Shown piece by piece: positions 27,201-34,076 of a stretch of DNA of 64,000 nt. This DNA comes from a virus (lineage: Duplodnaviria > Caudoviricetes): positions 1,666 to 65,665 of IMG/VR virus record IMGVR_UViG_3300025270_000010; one strand, written 5' to 3'. The position numbers and the translations under genes are program-made. The notes below the pieces were generated by a model. It worked only from the letters and a program-made list of their open reading frames with translations. It had not been told where the DNA came from and did not search any database. Within the stretch, counting starts at the first letter, position 1, and every line of letters starts with the position of its first letter.

Positions 27201-27411
27201 CAAGTAGCCCGTCCTCGCGTAACATATTGGAAAGTCCTCGCCGGACTCCTATCTCGACATCTGGTGTATACGCGTCCGCCTTGATGAACTCCTCGCGGAC
27301 ATAATCCCCGAACTTTAACCTGCTCTCAAGCGGGTCGGTGTAATCATTTTCAGCGGACCACTCGGAGAACCCGAGGGTGTGGACGGTTGGGGTATCAGTT
27401 TGCTCAGACAT
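12253..27411 (-). CDS. giant (5052 aa) polyvalent virion/ejection protein with zincin-like, kinase-like, glycosylase-like and two ART modules
   Basis: Uninterrupted 15.2-kb ORF at the end of the internal-virion-protein operon; HELIH, kinase motifs, two YHGT ART motifs, seven SGI(T/Q) linkers. Confidence 0.9.
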   Translation of the reverse strand: MSEQTDTPTVHTLGFSEWSAENDYTDPLESRLKFGDYVREEFIKADAYTPDVEIGVRRGLSNMLREDGLLEPDGANAEELEQRMADIQRGKTFDQLARTFQQSLPEHGEDQQTLNDYFAAAVESPSPEYAEELQPLREKADDVVNRNRDQLLQVKVDAGELPMARLSNGQLIVGEAAAQMDLVGALKASSEGGVTMGDALAAQAQLDTPDGFSIPLYRIQRLAQATRLLEVERKQNADFDIQIDGLSTEAAQSEYSTMDWLEHKADNLGRGLKNFFGRVMGQGEDIDKAEARREAVNEARGSDIRQIASKYALKFDIRPEDMELAVEQMVLDNAVNKQMFEFHDEDDDDVGKNLRIGGYGLPTMSMQAMVNKDVFDKTLAANPELSEEVKTMLNKQRIAHLRSDFTRLDTFLSASNVSDEWGKALIVGRTAGVEDYKILEGFVADKDNYNEFAERAAGVGMSFLNGVGQLFAAIPAAFGFDPAQDYLASVSQKNADRRQLAAVFGEEFGLLQDATETAFPMLIDIAATTLLAAATAPAGGAGGVAYASLKAGGTTTASMTAKGMFKSITSNVFRKTGAKSTVDQAEDLLAANLIKGSKEGAIDILNAYNSKLSAHLGNLPAIFIPAATRSGSATYGAVYNQLKQNPDVSDDDAHDRALGAMLMAGTFTGVLTAAFSAIGRGGMEDALLRGLSTKQMKRAGEEITGKLGGNLLSSAEKSIKKIMKRYAFGGVKGLAKSVFDEGIEEGIDEFVNGLVTDAALHEDTPMLERLQQTWHAFVLGGIMGGSVPLVQRTFRALQPDVLREREKTSFYEDVLEEMSTDLTENGAPITAEVVNMLVSDMRRKDARASVVPTLEEQEALLRGGEPEATEEGTQLPSGITPDPEAEALFEEKVNPDSAARAVNNVLGSSVPVVSGSDPTTVEAKGNLMHQLELPIQEASSLENSDHQAVRNLTPRRTEGAEPDVFEGTRPPKKKTIINPARAEEAEAIEVGFREIVQQIDEAEALYKKMDQQVAGAEVAGESSVRRALEQRVREGKAVSPEQATELRGEAFKDRVLALKDLKVEQTVELEEVTEDPSVVSRVEALIEGGYPHMLTAAKLRKLGVPITEQTTSAAFLRSANDRIASEVEARFPRIPVTRPEGGMALDSAYGRGKVFLDRVGRGQFNNDPLTMLSLFETGAPIVVDPAHLDSPTLNPAFRFARVGNNVVVSDIMVPESGGLVSVLTPIDRALVLKPDYTRIVKLVERVITLRDDGLREPDAMIDSPFEPNTQMTAQEVLTQLEEGVGIDGFVAPNTGELAPEFAESAQIELRLRAQEALFTEGKVSLVGLGREVADLYMVEQTARLKHSKESFVASVSVNEAADLQADPDFNAASEVEDTYTPFPENAPPPFSESSISNLLNEAHADAVAALDGDSNLRQSVVLLVQNEVFNTSSIDFNRTSTKRLWGYVVQWMAQGSHKTSPASIEFQKALRGRQFEMGAPVREALQLMALSSASVEGTPKTDAAYRAFLRDKIRGLKGGAEPSDAEVFSFHNHVRGSVGALLLRSQPSGMSKAHDQMVNKRAIAALGLKDGDPESIIEALERIVGVSDRVQKEYDSHLVSVARLLLQSPEFIRSVELSIDETDLNYAGKFDTLTDGTPAISININGHNPRGVADTLVHELIHAYVTGVTRKPAAAQTRQETAAIGLLEGVIADIRADYKAMSNQETTPAVFSVRSVPDMGVYKYHDTRVYDALTNVDEFVAHFLTSADFQKFVKTMLADRAAPALYSRFEQVVAAIRAFFRGANPEFDSAFSAVLDLSHSSVLAAGARRRSKRDLISVEEFLNLPNKESRTAKDFVADSVFPTDPATNSTTPKEPVTVDAIVGKIAEDVSRSQQEAVRLSSGIQEATGVDVDAQQRGQASVERLMSFIRNRVVPPEMRVEVDLNHPTMMSVDSEAGTLVVNPLMLSGLLTELRTMNGGRPVSMRTQMNIIAVIANEEIAHAASVATITRAERDELIDGMTDADAEETMSNYGDEGNVANRERLLEGWRNGDRAAQVEIMEEMLRQHAQKVTRGFTTEEDVAFLRRNPNLVQTLVRYFQRFLKKLGYYRSRRNISPQLRTAVDRVVNEIRALEAGYRHSTNLKPFDPNNPESVIEQFRKQANMNKPIERADEPREAEPALASGITVEQAQVPADAGDVLDARDWTKVGPQLGSNMGGVYEDGEGNKFYFKESKTTEHARNEVLATILYETAGADILPIRLATGKDAAGQDVLGTASKWREDFTDFDPRDPAMRKSAYPDFAIHAWLANWDVVGLVYDNLMVDGDGRVVHVDTGGALKFRAQGEPKGGAWNEEGSEFATLRVMGQAGEVFGGMSTTDLQNSAAQLRKMTDETIQSAVEGVMGVGAESTEMADTLIARRDNILNVAFDRGQFVSSGITLQGQPQESPQETVSLSDFEFDGVFPEDLEYLRTNDGKFRGAPPRVTTEKDVENLEERLKNLTIEGAVGRYWYEDAAEKILEITNGDVVEAEKLIALLAIYSPQTGVEVNTYFAVRAYEQHANNVSRRDFSVKTAVQDNKARAVLYDNRDWTGRKTDNFYKNIMFHIVQQATPEQLRSMRIDTAFLEKIQQPVTVDMWVYRAMGYDTIGLTDEKGKGAFGFSEKMINRLTHSLNQNLAEGEPRYEAHQVQAMVWTAIKARSEQKEVKQKTEAESIAEGDMVRERGARGQLQRSFPNKDAERRHQRRWTENALAATGVDFVEASRSFDYFVDSMGLTATWEVIASTKTEIGQRLAAMTPEEKREFTEQAMQLIVDPETGEDLLAKELGIAVSVSKMSVGGYEGGVAPNVLSTLYPNKPKDVGGKETYDDDAIRAYARALQYIFMQDAVPWLRVVKKTKQDVFYRVTKGGRTVSEGAHFESQEDAEAWATLKNERIDTGKVVKVDDGYQIQTNKDKPYRLKNKDTGKLEAIPTFKQEEEAENFRADNLIHTAGGNEQSYGIHLTFSDDLTESKLQEIQDDLTSMHPDLGFTQVDANQIIVVNFKMDYMNMLPVLTDDTFADKIIRQYEQEAELETITTVGEYGYHDWEANQEGDQILTFSPRFTPTVQEGLRDRRQRFQRISGKRTRKGAKLTGRATKRARQAAEHLGQISRREATQRTGQLASGITVREGDEDAALVSESLRQVFEPHRDRTRRDRDRVDAEEEEPAVIKLRGFPEQQSWLDRVKKAPQIAKDERVKTRNLHTRLQEIDREFFALESRRKEAGSVERAQADVRQRELILEVARLRGYAPSMYHGTARKMSVKALFAKHGISHVRVSSHGKTKIVMQKWEDPSALPSGVRENIEKFVHEHEFKHRYPFEVYRGATGDHYTPATGLIFLSPREMSAESFAHSKRGHLESKERMMGAIEELVLPTFVKADKIFDPREDWRLVEDLLNKLRREGHLSGGAVYDADELAKPFHLPPKSETRDLTDHAVKASEQAEDYYKLTNGSWYWWERPEVIDAVFDMGYDAILVSEHSSTHAVEPDERMNLAVRDPAKIKTAHARTYDKDGNLIPPSKRFEEGKDAHMYSGITTQFGWTGAEELTAEQTKELEEIQKEHDSILNEYKHILDKGSQAWRGDGGRHRRDVLTGLTQTEEVRQGYLWNFVGEEGFGFTPDTEAYETQMGEFQAMPDVGLAESTVAEIAHRLQPLVNRAAEISGWSQRHMYHGTSHATDIPRDAGTERTVFDAETGTERPVFDTFDPTRSDYGGEKGLVFFSPRVAGAGAAEEFIGMQEGGGGHAMISVVTKSDMNLFDPRVNWEEFMDEMTMAYALRYLGPEAEGMADEDIIQRFTDDNTAHGPAGVTFMDAHLSSIKDGYWVYWEKSLVTDAILAKYDGMLIAEESRYGEAERTNGLVKDEYMNLALRNPSLVKSVAPVTLDSEGEIVPLSERFNPASPAFIHSGITFGAASDLPSEFNSEGVDYSQFIEVLEMPFIEKGPFQKVKGTWRKLFKGETDPTVQRYVRQRDSFIRTTDKVVEEYHSKYKSALEEDYDDPNDIPWDDIQAATGTTDNIDPDPDNVLLDARNKEKDAAHAQYQADLATEYAKHRQDEDAEKVKIDAAEPDLDKRKPLYRAAADARRAKQRATKDALGTTKGAADEAAQQKYEAAKDKSFETKKADMIKDRNEAFDRLRATAPNLFPVLLDLRRLTDELSKEAKKLFGVFSAKDLSVKFDNNMGLYVTRRYHMFSDTDYVERILTSESANDKAIRDTAIDFMRDQFIKFEYDKFRASGRSDSDARAAAEALYDSREQAGQSLGYQMARDFLQSYETETGPVDFASAFDLAGKPASLPARMSDSLKALTKNLEGRAEIPKPLADLMGANNVPEDSVDSLLYTLGTVSKIAAHQSFLNKMRQQGEVGGWLMTHQQKEDALKNAKTKEEFDRISSMRQIISSGADSGLNPLAGMWVDRDVHEDIRPMFQQTIREPNDASSRALHNAMTYAQKATGFAMAAKTLGSVGFYLRNMLSNVLFFGPAQGYWGAGKSLVSGNPTEGTGMSALMATGRAFKGNAARSSAYLRELESLGVFGDEVRSEIMLKLMQGEETFVSLEDQLQKLNKKAATAKGFKALQSIQNTAARLGSAMDSFYKIGYYEHELAVIEKAAEAEKGMPKGDRKYSLMSPMQRKQHAADIISATAQSYARALPVIKKISGSSWGLLVAPFIRFTAEVPRIAVNTFTLARKEIHDANPVIKSRGRQRMSGLGLVAAFSTAMPVLLQKLLSDMGEDEDEAFRMSLPPYLRNHTFYYFRGDKKILGVNVAAGARALAGGEEGDLTTFDLTYLNPFAVIADPFLRGMEHLVRGEPMVAAEKIITASFLEPYLGDQILAGSIIDVKENRDARSGRPIYEESDPLWRKTAKMVGYVGKEAYGPRTPMKFHEAWKAAGGEVDKFADSPFGIIMSEFYPVRPRSNDPADQFSRVVYQLRDEQRRVQQRFNKLKQTKGMGEGEVRSIHRDIRKSRMRINSKLAQAMRGFNGLGVNNYDLYQQLRGARYGERRSKLLFAGFMENPVPTTDLVETLMKTPQGQQRLKWLMDEHSENPRFLKLDD

Positions 27412-27442
27412 AGCTGACGCGATGGGATATGTAGGTTAGTAG

Positions 27443-28399
27443 CTAACGGAAACGGGCTTCGGTATCTTCTTGCACCACCTTACTTTCAGGGGGGACGAAG
27501 GGGGACGGGCCATGTAGCTCGTCGAACATCTGCATACGCTTCGCCATTAGCTGGTTGAGCAGGTAATTTTTCCTAGACCCTACGTCGGTGAACCCGAACG
27601 TCTTGTATGTGTCAAGGGCCTTTCCGGTAAGGTATATGTCCGCGATGCCCGACATTTGCTGCACCTCTGATTTTTGCAGAACCAACTTCTGCGCTGCCTG
27701 CACGTTCGGATCATACGTGTCGCGTTCTTCCTCGGTTTCCGGTTCCGCCCCCGCCTGCTTGCCCAAACGCCGGACGGTGGCAATCTTGTCCTTGAGATCG
27801 TCAATGTCCGCGCTGAGCCTTTTGCCCTTCTGGGTAGTGGCCGCCTTGCCACTGAGTGCCTTCGCGTGGGCCTTCGTAACCTGAAGGAGACCCTTCTCCT
27901 TCTCGGTCCTGATGCCGTCCGCGTCGGCAAGCTGTTCGGCTGCGGCCACATCTCCAAGGGACGAGATGGCGGTCATCTGCGGAATGTAGTAATCCTGCTG
28001 GGCTTCGGCCCCAGCCACGGATTGTGTCGCGCTAGTGAACAGCCCCTTGAAAAGTTGGCTGCCCGCCAGTCTGGGCTTGCTGGTATACAAGTCTTGGCGG
28101 GTCTGGTTGATGAGGTTCATCTTATCAAAATTACTCATCTCCGAGTTAAGGTTCTCGGATAGCTGCGCGGACACGACGGCCAAGTGGTCCGCCTCTTCCT
28201 GCTGCCTGCGACTCTCTTCCTTGGCCTTGTCGAACTCAAGCTGCGCCCGTTGGAAAGCCAGATCCTTCGCCTGCATCTCCATCATCGGCCTGTCGTATTG
28301 CTCGTAGAGATACTGCGACATGTGCGTGGACACAGGGCGCATACCAAAGTATTCGCCTTTCATCGGGGCGATGTCTTCACCGTAGGAGAATTCAGCCAT
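27443..28399 (-). CDS. probable internal virion protein
   Basis: 318-aa helical, Gln/Ala-rich ORF immediately upstream of the giant gene. Confidence 0.65.
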   Translation of the reverse strand: MAEFSYGEDIAPMKGEYFGMRPVSTHMSQYLYEQYDRPMMEMQAKDLAFQRAQLEFDKAKEESRRQQEEADHLAVVSAQLSENLNSEMSNFDKMNLINQTRQDLYTSKPRLAGSQLFKGLFTSATQSVAGAEAQQDYYIPQMTAISSLGDVAAAEQLADADGIRTEKEKGLLQVTKAHAKALSGKAATTQKGKRLSADIDDLKDKIATVRRLGKQAGAEPETEEERDTYDPNVQAAQKLVLQKSEVQQMSGIADIYLTGKALDTYKTFGFTDVGSRKNYLLNQLMAKRMQMFDELHGPSPFVPPESKVVQEDTEARFR

Positions 28400-29221
28400 T
28401 TACTTTTTACGATTCCGTTTTTGCTTTCGGCGTTCTCCCCTTAACGTCGCCCCCTTATCGGGGGGGAGCAGTATGGGGTCAGTAAACCCTTCGCCTCGGG
28501 GTAACGGAGGAACACCCCCCTGCCCCCTAAGTTCCACAGGCTCCACAGGCTTGTTAGTAAACGGGTCGATAGGGGGACTCGCCGCTTCAAGGAGTCTGGT
28601 GTCCCGTGCCAGTTGTCTAACGGGGGCGAGCGGTTTTTCCGGTGTGCGTGGCTCCTCACCGCGAGGGTCAAAGTCTTCAAGTGGTTCTTCTTTTTCAAGA
28701 AGCCTTTGCCGTTGGGCGGCGGCATCTTCAGCTTCGCGCAATCGGTGCTCCTGCACCAAGGGGTCAAGGGGGTCCGTTGGATCAGCAGCGCGTCCGAGAA
28801 GGGAGTTCTCAAATTCTTCGCGCTCTCGTCTTCTTTTCCACTCACCGTGCGGATCATGGCCTAGCTTTTTCAGTTGCTCTTGCAGGGCGACTGTTTCTCT
28901 CCGACCACGTTCTCGTGCTTGTTTATAATCGTCTGACCAGAGAGCCTCGTAATCACGCATAGTAGCGCGACCCTGTGGATTAAATTGCACATCCAAGGGA
29001 ATCTTACCTTCTTTCTGCATCTTCTGGAATTCCCGAGCATCCTCTCTGGTACGCTCCTTGAAGCTCTCACCGTATTCGGCGAGATACTTCTCTTTCTCCT
29101 CCTCCCGATCAGAAGCCTGTTTCTTCTCCTTGATTTTCCCCCCAAGTTTACGCCCAATAGCGGACGGAACTGGGGCCACAGTACGCAGTGCTTTTTCGAC
29201 ACTATTTAAAAAATCTGGCAT
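28400..29221 (-). CDS. probable internal virion protein
   Basis: 273-aa charged ORF in the same operon; contains IDPFTNKPV. Confidence 0.6.
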   Translation of the reverse strand: MPDFLNSVEKALRTVAPVPSAIGRKLGGKIKEKKQASDREEEKEKYLAEYGESFKERTREDAREFQKMQKEGKIPLDVQFNPQGRATMRDYEALWSDDYKQARERGRRETVALQEQLKKLGHDPHGEWKRRREREEFENSLLGRAADPTDPLDPLVQEHRLREAEDAAAQRQRLLEKEEPLEDFDPRGEEPRTPEKPLAPVRQLARDTRLLEAASPPIDPFTNKPVEPVELRGQGGVPPLPRGEGFTDPILLPPDKGATLRGERRKQKRNRKK

Positions 29222-29224
29222 GGC

Positions 29225-30808
29225 TTACGATACTGTGTTTGCTTTAATATTTTTTTCACCCTCTCGGATGATCGGGCGATCCATCGCTTCAAGTTTCGCC
29301 TGATTCCTCCTCTTCGTTTCCTCTAGTTCTAGTCGGTCCCGTTGGGACATGAGGGGGCGGCGTGGTGCTCCGGCTCGGATGGCCCCCGCTTCCTTGCGGT
29401 AGCCTCCCCCTTCCAGTTCACGCGCCAAGCGGCGGAGTCTCCCGCCTTTAGATTCAAGTTGGCGGGACGGATCTTTGAGTCCACCGACGGAACCTTCCAG
29501 CGCGGTGCCTCTTCCGAAGGGCGCTTTCTGCAAGGCTGCAAGTTTATCTAGGCCCGGTGTATCTACCCATTCGCTCCCTTCACGGGACCGGAGGTAAGCT
29601 ATGTGCTCGGCAGCCTTTTGCTTCTTGAAATCGTCATACATCTTCCGGCCCACATGGTTAAACTTGTCAGCGTCGGCTATGCCCGCGTCGATTGCCCGCT
29701 GCCTGAAGTCAGCCATGCTGTCACGAAGGGCAGCAGGGTCGTCCTGTAATTCTTCAAAGGAGGCCCGCATTTCTTCTGCGAGGGCTTTCCCAGTGAGGGG
29801 GGCGTATTCGGGTCTAACGCTCGGATCAAAATCAGAGCCGCCAGCGGCGTCGAAATCTTCAGGAGCAGGGATCAGGTCGGAGGGGACGGGGGGACCGACT
29901 AGGGCTGGCGAACGCTTTGTTCGTTGGCGTTCTTGCCATTGTTGGAACCGCGCCCTGTCTTTAGGGTGCATATGCGGCTTTACGGGAGGGGGCGCTACTT
30001 CTCCCAAACCCTTTTTTAGTTGATCTGCTTTGAAACGGGCTAATCCTTTTAAGTAATCTGCTTTATCCTCGGGGTGCTGCTGTGCTCTTGTCTGCGCGGG
30101 AGAAAGGACTGCGCGTCCCATACGTTCAAGATCGTCCTCAAAATCACGCTCCTGTTCCTGCATCAACTTCGCGGCTTGAATCGAAGCGTATGCAGAATCG
30201 GCGGGGTCTAAAAACCCAGCATAGGCTGCTCGTGCGATGTTGGCCGGAGACGCAAGGTCTAGGAGCATCTCCTTTTCTGAAGATGTCGAAACATCTTTAT
30301 CGCCTGCGGCCTCTTCTCCGTGTTGCTTTAGCGCGGCCCGACGGGCTGCATCAGCCTTCTCCCCTTTCCCAAATGCAAGGTAGCTACCTTTTGCAGCTTG
30401 GATTCCCCCATGAACCATAGCGCCGCCCCGCACAAATTTACGGGCGCGACCAGCAGTAGCGGGAACTTGGACCCCCCCAAGGGCCGTTACGGCTCTGGGT
30501 GCGAGCGTGGCAACATCCAGCGCCGCCGTGCCCGCCTGCCTTGCCGTCACTGGCTGTTTCCAGACGGAGGGGCGAGTCGCTCTTTCTTGTTTTGCTACTA
30601 ATTTAATTAATTCATCCCTGCCGCCCTTTTTCCCGTGGGTCTTAGCCGCATTTTTAATCCCCAACTTTTTTGCCTGATCAAGAAGCTCCTTTCTAGTAGG
30701 ATACCTCTTACCAATCTCCGTCGCCCTTCTGGCGAGATCCTTGGGGATCTTTTTTGGGTAGAGCTTTTTCGCGGCAGCCTCTAGGGCTTTCTTAACTGGG
30801 ATAGCCAT
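29225..30808 (-). CDS. probable internal virion protein
   Basis: 527-aa Ala/Lys-rich ORF; TAAGCCATG junctions on both sides. Confidence 0.65.
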   Translation of the reverse strand: MAIPVKKALEAAAKKLYPKKIPKDLARRATEIGKRYPTRKELLDQAKKLGIKNAAKTHGKKGGRDELIKLVAKQERATRPSVWKQPVTARQAGTAALDVATLAPRAVTALGGVQVPATAGRARKFVRGGAMVHGGIQAAKGSYLAFGKGEKADAARRAALKQHGEEAAGDKDVSTSSEKEMLLDLASPANIARAAYAGFLDPADSAYASIQAAKLMQEQERDFEDDLERMGRAVLSPAQTRAQQHPEDKADYLKGLARFKADQLKKGLGEVAPPPVKPHMHPKDRARFQQWQERQRTKRSPALVGPPVPSDLIPAPEDFDAAGGSDFDPSVRPEYAPLTGKALAEEMRASFEELQDDPAALRDSMADFRQRAIDAGIADADKFNHVGRKMYDDFKKQKAAEHIAYLRSREGSEWVDTPGLDKLAALQKAPFGRGTALEGSVGGLKDPSRQLESKGGRLRRLARELEGGGYRKEAGAIRAGAPRRPLMSQRDRLELEETKRRNQAKLEAMDRPIIREGEKNIKANTVS

Positions 30809-30811
30809 GGC

Positions 30812-31255
30812 TTAATATCCTCTGCGGCCTACTCTCCGACCTGTGCCAAACCCACCGGAGTCAAGACCCCCAGTTGTAAGCCCTTGCCCCGCTCCTCGGC
30901 CTTTTTCATCCTTGGCTGGCGCACCCTTGGCCTTTTCCAAAGCCTCCTTGCGCTTCCTCTCGGCTTCCCGCTCGGGGTTGATTAACTGTTTTTGTTGCCG
31001 CGTTCTTACTGGTGCGGCGGCAGGCGCGACGGCAGGCGCAGCGGCAGCAGCCTCTTCCCACCAAGGTGTTATTGGCGTTACAGGCTTATCAGTAAACGGG
31101 TCGATGTCTGCGGCAGGCGCAGCAGGCGTGGCAAACTTCACAGGTCGTTCATCATCGGGCGAACCATAATCTGTCCAATCCCCCGACTTGAAAGGGTCTC
31201 TCGGTTCCTCCCGATTACGTTGGCTTGGGTCACGAAAAAATTTAAATCCAGACAT
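30812..31255 (-). CDS. probable internal virion protein (147 aa)
   Basis: Start set to ATG31255, downstream of a promoter; contains IDPFTDKPV. Confidence 0.55.
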   Translation of the reverse strand: MSGFKFFRDPSQRNREEPRDPFKSGDWTDYGSPDDERPVKFATPAAPAADIDPFTDKPVTPITPWWEEAAAAAPAVAPAAAPVRTRQQKQLINPEREAERKRKEALEKAKGAPAKDEKGRGAGQGLTTGGLDSGGFGTGRRVGRRGY

Positions 31256-31280
31256 ACCGTACCGACTAAAATGCGGATTA

Positions 31281-31309
31281 AGAATATGAGTTAAGCGGTA
31301 AACTGTCAA
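31281..31309 (-). promoter_or_regulatory. sigma70-type promoter for the internal virion protein operon
   Basis: Minus strand TTGACA-17 nt-TATTCT, overlapping the TerL stop. Confidence 0.75.
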
Positions 31310-33093
31310 TCCAGCAAAACCGCATCGCGGTTCTGTAGCGCCTTGCCTAGCTGTTTGATCGTGGTCCGGCGATACGGACGGCCTTCCTTCCCTTCCTCGG
31401 GAGGATCAATGGCCACTAGGCCGAGGCGCTGACGGGCGCAGTCCAAGGCCAGAAATGCGGCGTCTGCAAGGTCGGGGCTTCGTCCGAAACGGGACTTGAA
31501 CTCCGGCTTCGACTCGATCTTAACCCGCAGGGTGCCGCTTTTGATCATGTCGTAGTTGCGGCTGGTTATCTCTTGGGCCAGATCGGTGTTCACCCCAAAC
31601 ACTTGACGGGTTCTCATCAGTTCTTTGCCCACGAACCAAAGCTCGGAGACCCTATTCACATATAGTTCTGTCCCCACAGACTTGCTATTGGCGCTGACCC
31701 TCTTGTCACTGGCCTTGCCCCCGAAGCTGACGCGCAGGAACCCGCTGGCCCACTCTCCAGACAGGACATCACAGAAAGGTGCTCCTGCGCCCGTGGCATC
31801 CACCGCCACATTCTCAGGTAGAATGTCCCGCTTCTCGCAGTGCTCCTTGATTTGCCTGACAATCTGATAAGTCCGAGGGATCGCCTTGTTGGTGGCGTCG
31901 TCGTTCAAATGAACAGCCTCCCCGAACTCAATGACGTATTGGCCTGTCGTGTCGTAGCCCACCGAGGCGGTGTAGAGGATCGTCCGGTCGCCGCCGTTGG
32001 TGAACGCGGGGTCAATGCCTGCCACTTTGATGGGCGTCCCCTCCCACTCGACCTTGGACATGGCCTTGCTCATAGTCAGTTCGTTCTCGCCGTAGATCCC
32101 CGTTGTCTCATCGGAGTCGAAAAATATAGCGCGAATCATTCGCATGTAGCCCCGTGACTCGGGACCGAGTAGCCCCTTATCCTCGTCAATCTTTTCCTTC
32201 GTAGGGAGCCACGGGTAAATGGTCTCCCCCGCGATAATGTTAGGGGAACGCTCCCCATCGAGACGGATATAATCGCCGCCCCATTTCGTAGCCCACCCGT
32301 CCGCCGTGTGCGTGTCCACCGAGTCCCAGCCATTGATCGGCTCCGACCAGATCCCGAAAGCATCGAAGCGGCTGTTAGGGTTGGACATTCCGATTAACTG
32401 GAATTCTGGATTCTTAGATAAGTTCGACAGGCCCGCCTGAAGAATGGCCTCGGATAGCTCCGAGAGTTCATCACCAATCAAAATCACTCGGGGAGCCTTG
32501 ATTCCGATGAGCTTGTTTGTAGCTTCACGGGTGCGCGTTTTTTCAGCAGCGATCAACGAGAGACCCGCCCGCTCGATGAGGGTGCCTTTCTCGTTTACGT
32601 AACTAGCGTTGCCAATCGAGTCCCGAATTTTGATGGGGGCATCGTCAATCACAGAGAGCAGGGACATTACCGACCCCCAAATCCGCTTACGGGCTTCTCG
32701 CAAAGTGGTCGAGGTCATCAGGACAAGCGTGTCCTTGGGCTTGGACAACCAGTTGGCTATCCCCCACGCAGCCATGGTGTGGCTTTTCCCCGATGACGCA
32801 GACCCCCCGATGGCCAGATACTTATTATTGAGCGCGGCCCAGATCATCTTCTCCGCCCACGGATGGCGGATCATCAACTTTTCAGGCAAGTCATCGTGGT
32901 TCCACAACTCGTCGCAGATCCTCCAGAAGTAATACTCCTTCGCTCGTAGGTGTTCGTGGTTGGCAAACCCATACAACAAAGCAGTGATGAGACTGGTCGG
33001 AGGAATCAAAAGTCCCCCGACATCCATACGTTTTGTTTTGGGGTCGATGCGCGGGTCGAGTATCTGCTTGATGCTGGGAGTGCTTACCTCCAT
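31306..33093 (-). CDS. terL: terminase large subunit
   Basis: Walker A GGSASSGKS, Walker B LIGDE, RNase H-like GIDPAF..GGDRT, C-terminal GRSPDLADA. Confidence 0.92.
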   Translation of the reverse strand: MEVSTPSIKQILDPRIDPKTKRMDVGGLLIPPTSLITALLYGFANHEHLRAKEYYFWRICDELWNHDDLPEKLMIRHPWAEKMIWAALNNKYLAIGGSASSGKSHTMAAWGIANWLSKPKDTLVLMTSTTLREARKRIWGSVMSLLSVIDDAPIKIRDSIGNASYVNEKGTLIERAGLSLIAAEKTRTREATNKLIGIKAPRVILIGDELSELSEAILQAGLSNLSKNPEFQLIGMSNPNSRFDAFGIWSEPINGWDSVDTHTADGWATKWGGDYIRLDGERSPNIIAGETIYPWLPTKEKIDEDKGLLGPESRGYMRMIRAIFFDSDETTGIYGENELTMSKAMSKVEWEGTPIKVAGIDPAFTNGGDRTILYTASVGYDTTGQYVIEFGEAVHLNDDATNKAIPRTYQIVRQIKEHCEKRDILPENVAVDATGAGAPFCDVLSGEWASGFLRVSFGGKASDKRVSANSKSVGTELYVNRVSELWFVGKELMRTRQVFGVNTDLAQEITSRNYDMIKSGTLRVKIESKPEFKSRFGRSPDLADAAFLALDCARQRLGLVAIDPPEEGKEGRPYRRTTIKQLGKALQNRDAVLLD

Positions 33094-33123
33094 AATCTAT
33101 TGTAGAGATTACGCCTAAAGAAA

Positions 33124-33699
33124 GTGTGTGACAAACCCAAAGACAGCCTCCAACAACGCGCCCTAACGATGTATAAGGCGAACTGGAAAAATATTTCCAT
33201 CGCCAAGGAGTTAGGGGTCCACCCCGGCACGGTGCGGCGGTGGCTCAAGAAGATGGGCGTCCGCGCCAAGAAGAACGGGTTGCACCCTAATGATGCCCCC
33301 GCAGTAGCGGAAGCGCCTACTGACGAACTGGCGGAAGCTATTGACCAACAGCTTGAGTCTACCACCGACGAGGCGATCCTTCGAGCGGGTCACGACGCAC
33401 GACAGGAAGAGGACGCAACGATCTTGGAGATCGCAGAACGGCAGTCCAACCCCGCTGACAAATATCAGCATTACGCCGCAGCGACAGGAATCAAACTCAT
33501 GCGTGACAGCGTGAAGAACCTGCGCCCCGCCAAGACTGTCCGTGAGTTATCCGAACTCGACCAATTCATCCGCCGGAACCTCGGCCTCAACTCAAAGAAC
33601 GGCAGCGGCGGCACAATGCAGATTGATATCTCCATACTCAACAACACGAAAGCGGATCGTGGGGAGGGGTCCGTGAAACCCATTATCGACTTGGATTGA
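33124..33699 (+). CDS. HTH protein, putative terminase small subunit
   Basis: N-terminal HTH (SIAKELGVHPGTVRRWLKK), helical middle, C-terminal beta strand (TMQIDISIL); adjacent to TerL; start may be ATG33169. Confidence 0.55.
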   Translation: MCDKPKDSLQQRALTMYKANWKNISIAKELGVHPGTVRRWLKKMGVRAKKNGLHPNDAPAVAEAPTDELAEAIDQQLESTTDEAILRAGHDARQEEDATILEIAERQSNPADKYQHYAAATGIKLMRDSVKNLRPAKTVRELSELDQFIRRNLGLNSKNGSGGTMQIDISILNNTKADRGEGSVKPIIDLD

Positions 33700-34076
33700 T
33701 GATTTACGACCTCAATAGTGGTGCGCCTGAATTTGATGGCGCTCATTACGAACCGATGGGTGACCCGTTTTTCTACCGTCAAATCGACCCCACTTGTTAC
33801 ACGGGGTTCTCGTTAGAGCCGGAGAAAGGGGAGGGTAAAAAATACCCCGGCAGCGGGGTTTTAATGTTCAGTGAACTTAAAGACGCCTTTGTTGGCATCG
33901 TCGAGCACCCACGTAACCCCCCAGTCGCCTGCTACTCGATTGCGGGGACCAAGATCATTCTCAAGGAGAAACACGGACTGAGCAAAAACGAGATCAAAAT
34001 GGCGCTCGATCAACTAAAGTCCTGCGACCTCGGGCCGAGCACCCCCTGCTTCCTTGACTCGGCCCCCCTCAAGTAA
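33696..34076 (+). CDS. conserved phage hypothetical protein
   Basis: 126-aa ORF, coupled; DAFVG..ACY..GP.TP.F pattern. Confidence 0.65.
   Translation: MMIYDLNSGAPEFDGAHYEPMGDPFFYRQIDPTCYTGFSLEPEKGEGKKYPGSGVLMFSELKDAFVGIVEHPRNPPVACYSIAGTKIILKEKHGLSKNEIKMALDQLKSCDLGPSTPCFLDSAPLK

Noticed and set aside
12436-27304. Many short plus-strand ORFs inside the giant gene
   Set aside because: Antisense shadows with no promoter, motif or coherent composition
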